Below are positions 48,791-56,216 of a DNA stretch of 56,216 nt, in pieces. The stretch is from Candidatus Zhuqueibacterota bacterium (lineage in GTDB: Bacteria > Zhuqueibacterota > Zhuqueibacteria > Zhuqueibacterales > Geothermadaptataceae): NCBI GenBank assembly GCA_015491485.1, contig WFVT01000025.1:1-56216 (forward strand), given 5' to 3'. The position numbers were made by a program, and so were the translations under genes. How positions within the stretch are numbered: the stretch's first letter is position 1; each line of letters opens with the position of its first letter. The notes below the pieces were generated by a model. It was not told the origin of the DNA. It saw nothing but the letters and a program-made list of their open reading frames with translations, and did not search any database.

Positions 48791-49633
48791 TCAATGTTCC
48801 TGATGAACCGCCGCTCCAATAAACACTGCCGACAGCATGGTGAAAATATACGCCTGAATCATCGCGACCAGTACTTCCAAAAGGCCGATCCCCACCGCCC
48901 CGACCAGCGGCAACAGCGCAATCAAATAGCTTTTGAACAGGAAAATCAAACTGATCAGGGCCAGGATCACCACGTGTCCGGCGGTCATATTGGCAAAAAG
49001 TCGGATTGCCAGTGCAAAATGTTTGGTAATCAGCCCCATCACTTCCACGATAAAAAGCAGGGGAACCAGAACGACCGGCAACCCCGGGGGAATCAGTCCC
49101 TTGAAAAATCCGAAAATTCCGTGCTCCTTCATCCCGGCCAACAGGCCAATCACAAACGTCAAAATAGCCAGTGCGGCGGTCACGCTAATATCGCCGGTGG
49201 CCGAGGCGCCGCCCGGAATCAGTCCCATAAGGTTGTTGAACAGGACAAAGAAAAAGACAGTATAGAGATAAGGCTCAAACCGGGGCGCATCATGCCCCAA
49301 ATAGGGTTTGACCACATCTTCACGCAGAAAAACGATAATCGCCTCAAACATATTCGCCAGCCCGCGCGGCACCAGCTTCGCCTTGCCGAACAGCGTCGAA
49401 AACAGCAGAATCATAAAAACGGCCGAAATCCACATCATCAGCACGTGTTTGGTAATACTTAAATCGATGCCCCACACCGTGGGCAAATGAATCAGCGGCT
49501 GATCGGTAATGTGGTGCAGAATAAATTCACCGGTATTCTGCTCGGCCCCATGGGCTGCCGCCGCGGCTGCGGCTTCCTCTCCGTGCGTGGTTTGATGTTG
49601 TTGAATCCATGTTAGCGCAGCATTCAGCACCAT
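48791..49633 (-). CDS. atpB: ATP synthase Fo subunit a
   Basis: ALAIRLFANMTAGH, IQAYIF. Confidence 0.97.
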   Translation of the reverse strand: MVLNAALTWIQQHQTTHGEEAAAAAAAHGAEQNTGEFILHHITDQPLIHLPTVWGIDLSITKHVLMMWISAVFMILLFSTLFGKAKLVPRGLANMFEAIIVFLREDVVKPYLGHDAPRFEPYLYTVFFFVLFNNLMGLIPGGASATGDISVTAALAILTFVIGLLAGMKEHGIFGFFKGLIPPGLPVVLVPLLFIVEVMGLITKHFALAIRLFANMTAGHVVILALISLIFLFKSYLIALLPLVGAVGIGLLEVLVAMIQAYIFTMLSAVFIGAAVHQEH

Positions 49634-49645
49634 TTTTTACCTATC

Positions 49646-50032
49646 TCAACGGTTTTTCTTCAATAAATTCTTTTGAAAATAGCGAATTTCGATGGCCTGA
49701 AAGAGTACATAAAACGCCATCAATGAAATTAAAAAGGTGATCAGGTGCAATTGAGTGTACCGCCACACGCCAAACAAAACGATCCCAACGATCAGAAAGC
49801 GCAGAAACATCCCCCCCAGGACCACCCGGTAAAAACTTTTTCCACCAAACCGAAAGGCCCAGGAATTGACCGCAAAGGCAAAAGCCGTGATAAATAGACT
49901 GAAAAATGCGCCCCAAAGAAAGGCAAGAAGTTTGTTCAGGCCAAGGAGTTTATAAACGGGTAAGCTTACAATCAAAATAAATAAGCTTGCTCCTATCGCC
50001 AACCTGACAACAAATCCTATTATTGGTCCCAT
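49646..50032 (-). CDS. atpI: ATP synthase protein I-like membrane protein
   Basis: 4 TMs, GMFLRF motif, directly upstream of atpB. Confidence 0.75.
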   Translation of the reverse strand: MGPIIGFVVRLAIGASLFILIVSLPVYKLLGLNKLLAFLWGAFFSLFITAFAFAVNSWAFRFGGKSFYRVVLGGMFLRFLIVGIVLFGVWRYTQLHLITFLISLMAFYVLFQAIEIRYFQKNLLKKNR

Positions 50033-50075
50033 ACAGTCATATCACATTCTACGCTATTGGGAAACGCGATACACC

Positions 50076-50333
50076 CTATTCTTCAGAATTGGTTATCTGT
50101 TTATCAGGCGGTTTGGGAGGGAAAACCGTTTTATAAATCGTCCAGAATCCACTCACTCCGCCCAGGATCAACCCCAGAAATAAAAACAGCGGGGTCGTTG
50201 AATAACGCTGGTCCAGCCAGTGACCAAAATATACTCCCAGAAAAATTGAAAGGGCAAATCGCAAACCCAGATCCAGATAATAGATCGTGGTCTTTTTTTT
50301 CGAATTGGAGGCGGGACCTTTGGCCGGATTCAT
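50076..50333 (-). CDS. AtpZ/AtpI-family small membrane protein
   Basis: GVYFGHWLD...TTPLFLFLGLILG signature. Confidence 0.85.
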   Translation of the reverse strand: MNPAKGPASNSKKKTTIYYLDLGLRFALSIFLGVYFGHWLDQRYSTTPLFLFLGLILGGVSGFWTIYKTVFPPKPPDKQITNSEE

Positions 50334-50782
50334 TTTTTCTGCGTTACCGGCGTTTCTTCCTTGGGCGCGCCGATCAGCGATTTAGCGCCATCGGCCAACC
50401 GCTCGCCCACCGACGCCTTGCCGTCCTCCTGGCCCATCGAACATACGCCTTCGAAAATGGCGCCTTCATCGATCACCAGCTTCGCCGTCTTCAATTCGCC
50501 GTTAAACCGCGAGTTTGCCTCCAGCACCACCTTGCCGGTCGCATGCACTTTGCCGCGCACCTTCCCCCCGATGACCGCATTTTTTACGTGCACTTCGCCC
50601 TCGATTTCACCCTCCTTGCCCACGATCAAACTATCGCTCGTGGAAACACTTCCTTTCACGCGACCATCGACGCGCAGACTGCTTTGCACTTTAATGCTGC
50701 CTTCAAAAAACGTACCCTTACCGATGATGGTATTCAAGTCTCCGGGGCGATCAAAATCGGCCATATCCTTTTTCCCTAACAT
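50330..50782 (-). CDS. Bactofilin (polymer-forming cytoskeletal protein)
   Basis: TIIGKGTFFEGSI, LRVDGRVKG, LVIDEGAIFEG; alternative start 50764. Confidence 0.95.
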   Translation of the reverse strand: MLGKKDMADFDRPGDLNTIIGKGTFFEGSIKVQSSLRVDGRVKGSVSTSDSLIVGKEGEIEGEVHVKNAVIGGKVRGKVHATGKVVLEANSRFNGELKTAKLVIDEGAIFEGVCSMGQEDGKASVGERLADGAKSLIGAPKEETPVTQKK

Positions 50783-50819
50783 AATTTCACAGTTCCTCTG
50801 CTTGCAGTTTCAAAGCTGT

Positions 50820-51710
50820 CTATTCTTCGAACCCACTTTGGAAAGCCAGAATAAATTCACGGGGATTCACCGGCACACCGTCCTTCCAAATTTCAAAATG
50901 CAAATGCGGCCCCGTGGATGATGATCCTGTATCGCCCAACAGGGCAATCGGATCGCCTTTTTTCACAAACACCTTATCCTGCACCAGCAGCTTGCTGTTG
51001 TGTGCGTAATAGGAAAAAATATTGTCCCCGTGACTGATAATGACCATATTGCCGTATTTGGAGGTCCATCCTGCAAACACCACCATCCCGCCGCCGGCCG
51101 CGTAAATCACCTTACCGCGCCGGGCGGCAATATCGATGCCCGGATGGCGCCGCCCCGAAAGCCAGCTATACGGCTCAAAATCCGCCGTCAAATACCCCTC
51201 CACCGGCAGATAGGTGGGAAGATACGGCATATAATTGTGCATGCGAACCTTGCGCCGAGCAATGAAGCTGGATTTACCGGAAATCAGGCGTGCACTGGAC
51301 TGAGACACACCCTGACGCTCCAAATCCCGCCTCAGGGCAGGAATGGATTTTACTCCATCCACGCTGAGCTCTTTCAAAGAACCCGGGGACGTATTCAACC
51401 CTTCCACTCCCAGCGCTCGCAACACTTTTCGGTGTTGATATACCAGATCCTCAAAACGCGAGGCCAGAAGATAGATTCGCTTATTATCCTCCAGCAGCCT
51501 TTGGTTATCCTCCAAAAGCTGCAGATTTTCGCTATGGACTTGATACCAGCGCCAGTAAGCCACGCCACCCACGATCATGTGGATGACCAGCAAAATGCCT
51601 ACAAAAACCAGAAACCGTACCGTTTTGAGGTTCACCTGAAACGAGTACGGCTCGGCATTGTCCTCCGGTATTAAAAGAACAGAGATCCGCTTGGCTCGTC
51701 GTTTGCTCAT
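50820..51710 (-). CDS. Membrane-anchored M23 (LytM) peptidase with coiled coil
   Basis: TM, coiled coil, HPGIDI, YAH, STGPHLHFEI. Confidence 0.94.
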   Translation of the reverse strand: MSKRRAKRISVLLIPEDNAEPYSFQVNLKTVRFLVFVGILLVIHMIVGGVAYWRWYQVHSENLQLLEDNQRLLEDNKRIYLLASRFEDLVYQHRKVLRALGVEGLNTSPGSLKELSVDGVKSIPALRRDLERQGVSQSSARLISGKSSFIARRKVRMHNYMPYLPTYLPVEGYLTADFEPYSWLSGRRHPGIDIAARRGKVIYAAGGGMVVFAGWTSKYGNMVIISHGDNIFSYYAHNSKLLVQDKVFVKKGDPIALLGDTGSSSTGPHLHFEIWKDGVPVNPREFILAFQSGFEE

Positions 51711-51849
51711 ACCGCTTCCCGCATGGGTTGTGCCTGCGGTCTGAAAACAGACCGAAAATTATTGATAAAAAGATTAAAAGTCAACTTATTTTTCTGTTAT
51801 ATTGTTTCAAAAACCGTTGGAAATATGCAATTTGCCTTCTATCCAACGA

Positions 51850-52716
51850 CTACCACAACTTCATCATCATATCGACCAACCGCTCAAGATCGTTATCTGA
51901 ATAAAACTCCAACTCGATGCGGCCTCCCTTACCTTTGCCCTGAAGATGAATTCGCACTTGAGTACCAAAAATTTGCCGCAGCTTGTCTTCTGCTTCACGA
52001 ACTTCGTGGGGCAATTCAGCTTCACGGCTCTTCTTTTTCTTTTTCGATTTGCTCTCCTGCGCCGCCAGTTTTTCCACCTGGCGCACATTCAGCCCCTTTT
52101 TCAAAATCTGTTTCCAGAGCTCGATCTGCTTTTCCCGGCTTCCGGCCGCCAACAAAGCCCGGGCATGGCCGGCGGTAATCTCTCCCTGACGCAAACTATC
52201 CTGAATCTGTTCGGGCAGCTTCAACAGCCGCAAAAAATTCGCCACCGTAGCACGGTCTTTTCCGACTTTCTGGGCGACCTGTTCCTGAGTCAATTGGCAC
52301 TCGTCGATGAGCCGCTGATACCCCAACGCCTCTTCGATGGGATTCAGATTTTCCCGCTGGATATTCTCAACCAGCGACATCTCCAGCATTTGGGCGTCGG
52401 TCTTCACATCGAGGACAAATGCCGGAATGGTTCGCAGTCCGAGTTCCTGCACCGCACGCAAACGCCGCTCACCGGCAATCAACTGATAACCATCCTGGTG
52501 CGGCCTTACGGTAATGGGAGTGATAACGCCGTTTTCAGAGATGGACTGTTTGAGCTCTTCCAGAGCTTCCGGATCAAATTCCAGGCGGGGCTGAAATGGA
52601 TTGGGACTGATTTGTGAAACCGCAATTTCCGTGAGCTTATCCTTGCGGTCAACATCCTCTTCCGACAGGTCAGGAATGAGAGCCGATAATCCTTTCCCCA
52701 GCCTCTGGGTAGCCAT
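51850..52716 (-). CDS. parB: Chromosome partitioning protein ParB/Spo0J
   Basis: [38 protein letters not shown]. Confidence 0.97.
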   Translation of the reverse strand: MATQRLGKGLSALIPDLSEEDVDRKDKLTEIAVSQISPNPFQPRLEFDPEALEELKQSISENGVITPITVRPHQDGYQLIAGERRLRAVQELGLRTIPAFVLDVKTDAQMLEMSLVENIQRENLNPIEEALGYQRLIDECQLTQEQVAQKVGKDRATVANFLRLLKLPEQIQDSLRQGEITAGHARALLAAGSREKQIELWKQILKKGLNVRQVEKLAAQESKSKKKKKSREAELPHEVREAEDKLRQIFGTQVRIHLQGKGKGGRIELEFYSDNDLERLVDMMMKLW

Positions 52717-53470
52717 TTTTCAACACCTCTTCTGCTAAGCTCATGTAATTTTCGCACCCGGTGGATACCGCATCATACAGGATAATGGGTTTGCCGTGAC
52801 TTGGGGCTTCGCTCAACCTGACATTTCGCAAAATGACGGTTTTATACACTTTATCGCCGAAATATTTTCGAACATCTTCAGCAACCTGACGGCTTAAGTT
52901 CAGGCGGCTGTCGTACATGGTCAGCAACACCCCTTCAATCTCCAGAGAAGGATTTAAATGTTTCTGAACCAGGCGAATGGTATTTAACAACTGACTCAGC
53001 CCCTCCAGGGCATAATATTCACACTGGATCGGGATCAAAACCGAGTGCGCCGCACTCAACGCATTTAACGTCAGCAGACCGAGTGAAGGGGGGCAATCAA
53101 TGAAAATAAATTTGTAGTCTTTTCGGATTTTTTTTAGTTGGCGATCCAGAATTTTCTCTCGAGAGATGGCGCCGACCAGTTCCACCTCAGCACCTACGAG
53201 GCGAACCGTGGAGGGGAGTAAATCCAGGTAGTTCAAATCGGTTGAAACGATGGCTTCATTGACATCCAACTCATCAACAAGCACTTCATAAACGCTTTTC
53301 TCAATTTCTTTTGGATTCAGGCCCAGTCCGCTGGTGGAGTTGGCCTGAGGATCAAAATCCACCAACAACACCGGATGCTCTGCCACGGCAATGCTCGCAG
53401 AGAGATTCACCGCTGTGGTGGTTTTGCCGACCCCTCCTTTCTGATTGGCTATCGCTATAATTTTCGCCAT
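52670..53470 (-). CDS. parA: Chromosome partitioning ATPase ParA/Soj
   Basis: [37 protein letters not shown]. Confidence 0.97.
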   Translation of the reverse strand: MAKIIAIANQKGGVGKTTTAVNLSASIAVAEHPVLLVDFDPQANSTSGLGLNPKEIEKSVYEVLVDELDVNEAIVSTDLNYLDLLPSTVRLVGAEVELVGAISREKILDRQLKKIRKDYKFIFIDCPPSLGLLTLNALSAAHSVLIPIQCEYYALEGLSQLLNTIRLVQKHLNPSLEIEGVLLTMYDSRLNLSRQVAEDVRKYFGDKVYKTVILRNVRLSEAPSHGKPIILYDAVSTGCENYMSLAEEVLKNGYPEAGERIIGSHS

Positions 53471-53577
53471 CGAAAATGCTTTCCTCCTGTACAGTTCAGT
53501 GCCGAAAGATAAATCACCTTGCGTTCAAAATCAAGCGATTTTCCCGCCCCATTTAACGAATTTTAATTTCGGTTTCT

Positions 53578-53586
53578 ATTTTATCA
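53578..53586 (-). promoter_or_regulatory. Possible extended -10 promoter of parAB
   Basis: TGATAAAAT ~110 nt upstream of parA. Confidence 0.35.
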
Positions 53587-53670
53587 TATTGTTTGCTTTG
53601 ATGAAAATCCGCTATGTCTTTCCATTGAAACTTTATATGCCTGTCAATGGAAATGCTGCTGAAGTCCGAA

Positions 53671-56216
53671 CTAATAAAGGTAACTTCCACCAAATATGCT
53701 TCTCCGGCCGCCATATTTTTCAAACTTAATGGCCTGCAACTGCGGCGCCTTGAGGTTGATGCGAAAGAAAAAGCCTTTGCCGATGCCGATGGGGGTCCAG
53801 TGGAGCGAGGCTTCCCAACAATGCAAGTCCCGGTAGATGCTCCAGTTCTGGCCGGTCAGTTGCTTTTTGATCAGATCAATTTGTCCTCGAAACTGAATTC
53901 GCCAATTTTTACTGATTTTGAATTCCGCCTGGGAAATATCGATGTAAGCCCTCCGGGTCGGCTTCAGCGGATTGAATTTGCTGACGGAATACCGGAAGGT
54001 GAATTGAATCCGCCAGGGGATTCGATAATCCATGGGGGATTCTTCAAAACGGCTTTCGAGCAGCGGTTCGCTCTCATCCTCGGCGGATGAAGCGTTTTCA
54101 CTTTTGCTTTGAAACCGAAAACTGGAGGACAGATTCAGGCTGGTGAGCCGCAGCCATTTGCCGCTGAAAATCCCGTTTTCCTGCCATAAATAGCGGTTTA
54201 TCTCCCGACCGGTGGTTTCGGAAACGAGTTCAAAAGCATAGGGACTGTGAGACATGCTCAAACTAACATTGATCTGCCGGCTCGGCTGAGCATTGAGAGA
54301 GGTACTGATATTTCGGAGTTTCTTCTCCTTTGCGGCAAAATTGTAGCCGGTGGAAATATTCAACCGAAACAGGTCGATCTTTTTCTCTTCTTTACCGCGC
54401 TGGAGTTTCATCTGAAACAGATTGCCGATGGACAGATTCATGCTGGCAAGCTTACCGCTGGGAGTGCCGCTAAATCGATCCTTTCGCACGACATTTCCCT
54501 GGGGATCCAGCACTTCCATATAATATCCCCACCGGGGATCAGAGAAATCGGGGCGGTAACTGAACGACAGACTGGGAGTCACCACGTGGCGAAATGCCCG
54601 AACGGCTCCGATTCGGGTATTGAACAAGCCGTAGAGGGTGGTATTGGCGGAGGCATTGTAGCTGAAGGTGCGTCGCTGGAAAAAGCCGCGTTCTTCTGTC
54701 CGGGCAAAACTGGAGTCTTCATACACCGCCGCGCGATCGAACCAATCTTCATCGATTGTGAGATTCTGACTCAACCGCAGCCAGCCGAACAATTTCGCCG
54801 GCCCGCTCATACGCAAACTAATGTCGTGATTGGCAAACGACCTTCGGTCGTCGATATAAATTCCGGAGTCGGCATTGACGGCGGTTCGGGTATAGCGGCT
54901 TTGCAGCGTTGCATTATACCGGAAATAGATATTTTCGTACCAGCGGTCCCCGCCGGTGCCCTGGCCGCGCTGCTTCTCTTTGTTGCCGCCAAACAGCTTT
55001 CGTTCATTGAAATAAAGCTGAAGGCTGGGCAATAAACGGGTGATGCTGCCGTCCTCGAGGTCTTTTTCTTCGGAAAGCGACAGGCTGAGACTGGCTCGTT
55101 TTTTCGGCCAGCGTTTGGAAAACGTGCCGCGCGAGATCAGCCGGCGCGTGAGCCGCTGGTTGGCGTTAAAGCTGAAGTCCTTATAATAACTGTTATCCGA
55201 AACAAACGTGCCGTTGACGCGAAACGAAGCGGTTTTGCCGAGGGTCTGGTTGTGCCGGATAGACAGATCCCACCGCCTCTCGACCTGGCCGCTGGCAAAA
55301 TTTTTGCGGGTCAACGAACCGCTGAGGCCGCCGGTAAAATTGTAACGTAAGGCATAGTTGATACCCAATTTGAAAAGCCATCCGGATTTCTCATAAAAAT
55401 CCACCGTGGCCCGGGCGTCAAAATAGTCGCTGGCGGCCCAGTAATAGCCCAGCTCGCGCAGATACCGTCCTTCACGGGCGCTGACTCCGTATCGCGGTAC
55501 GATCAAACCGCTCCGCCGGCCTTTTTGCGTGGGAAACATGCCGAAGGGTAAGGCAGCCACCGGAATTTTGCCCAGAAACATGACAATGGGTTTGGCAATC
55601 ACCCGTTCTCCGAGGATGATTTTCATCCGCCGCGCCCAGAAATGAAAGTGCGGCTTATCTTCATTTTCGCAGGTTGTATAAATCCCCCGTGAAACGTACA
55701 GCACCTTCGGGCTGGCGCGCTTGATTTGTTGCCCCAGATATTTGCCCCCTTCATAGTCCGCCCGGCCCCGAACCACCAGCCCTTTTTTGGTGATAAAGTT
55801 ATATTCCATGCGCTCACCGCGCATTTGCTCCTTCCCGTCGGAAAATACCGGATAGCCAACCATTTGAACCCGGACGGTATCGGCATGGCCGTTGCCGGCG
55901 AGACTGTCAGCGGCTACATGCAGCGTTTCGGCCAATGCCTCGGCGATGAGAATGCGCTTGTTCAGGTCCAGGGTAATCTTACCGGCTTCGATGGTCAGGT
56001 CCTGGTACTTCACCACTGCATCGCCGATGAGATAAGTAATGCGGTTGACCACATCATTATCGATGATCCGTGCGTCGTATTGGATTGGATCGGAGAGGTC
56101 GGTTTCCGAAGACGGTACGGTGATCAGGGTGTCGTCGGCGGCCGGCGGTGCGTGGGGCTGCTGCGCTTTCAGGCCGGCAGAGCCCCAGAGCAGAGCCAGC
56201 AGCATCAGGCCGAAGA
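53671..56216 (-). CDS. lptD: LPS-assembly outer-membrane protein LptD-like (5' end runs off the window)
   Basis: Partial signal peptide ...GLKA-Q; YTTC...PHF, RRSGLIVP, GYYWA, IYRDLHCWE motifs; frame open to the window edge. Confidence 0.85.
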   Translation of the reverse strand, partial: FGLMLLALLWGSAGLKAQQPHAPPAADDTLITVPSSETDLSDPIQYDARIIDNDVVNRITYLIGDAVVKYQDLTIEAGKITLDLNKRILIAEALAETLHVAADSLAGNGHADTVRVQMVGYPVFSDGKEQMRGERMEYNFITKKGLVVRGRADYEGGKYLGQQIKRASPKVLYVSRGIYTTCENEDKPHFHFWARRMKIILGERVIAKPIVMFLGKIPVAALPFGMFPTQKGRRSGLIVPRYGVSAREGRYLRELGYYWAASDYFDARATVDFYEKSGWLFKLGINYALRYNFTGGLSGSLTRKNFASGQVERRWDLSIRHNQTLGKTASFRVNGTFVSDNSYYKDFSFNANQRLTRRLISRGTFSKRWPKKRASLSLSLSEEKDLEDGSITRLLPSLQLYFNERKLFGGNKEKQRGQGTGGDRWYENIYFRYNATLQSRYTRTAVNADSGIYIDDRRSFANHDISLRMSGPAKLFGWLRLSQNLTIDEDWFDRAAVYEDSSFARTEERGFFQRRTFSYNASANTTLYGLFNTRIGAVRAFRHVVTPSLSFSYRPDFSDPRWGYYMEVLDPQGNVVRKDRFSGTPSGKLASMNLSIGNLFQMKLQRGKEEKKIDLFRLNISTGYNFAAKEKKLRNISTSLNAQPSRQINVSLSMSHSPYAFELVSETTGREINRYLWQENGIFSGKWLRLTSLNLSSSFRFQSKSENASSAEDESEPLLESRFEESPMDYRIPWRIQFTFRYSVSKFNPLKPTRRAYIDISQAEFKISKNWRIQFRGQIDLIKKQLTGQNWSIYRDLHCWEASLHWTPIGIGKGFFFRINLKAPQLQAIKFEKYGGRRSIFGGSYLY

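Noticed and set aside
53619..53653. 10-bp inverted repeat TTTCCATTGA/TCAATGGAAA after lptD
   Set aside because: AT-rich stem, 15-nt loop and no U-tract; cannot tell terminator from operator or chance

Overview
A 56-kb chromosomal window, mostly housekeeping and cell-envelope genes, from a diderm bacterium of moderate GC. Gene content (SprA, Bacteroidota-type glutaminyl cyclase, PgpH, LptD-like barrel) suggests the FCB neighbourhood, possibly KSB1/Calditrichota; this is inference. Left to right: pstA-pstB-phoU (+); a minus-strand operon sprA / M28 glutaminyl-cyclase-like lipoprotein / prmA / ppx / small beta-barrel; lptF-lptG (+); mutY-NUDIX and clpS (-); greA (+); CPXCG protein, TolB-like lipoprotein, sfsA, galT-like, CNNM/CBS protein, ybeY, PgpH-like HD protein, phoH (-); a coiled-coil lipoprotein and LysM protein pair; aspS; a seven-gene Agl-Glt-like envelope motor operon; a complete F1Fo ATP synthase operon; bactofilin, M23 peptidase, parB, parA and a 5'-truncated LptD-like gene. 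I found no rRNA, tRNA, CRISPR array, transposase or prophage. The best candidate for an undescribed system is the Agl-Glt-like operon (30755-41919). One of its two ExbD-like subunits has Asn at the usual ion-binding Asp, and it encodes no outer-membrane partner. Upstream it has a ~220-nt structured leader and a promoter-like sequence bracketed by inverted repeats (possible invertible switch). Other highlights: all seven predicted SPI-exported proteins follow the Q-rule with the cyclase gene next to sprA, a possible Lpp-analogous two-protein tether, a terminator in the greA leader, and a GalT-fold protein with a histidine-triad motif. All structures and motifs were read by eye, not computed.
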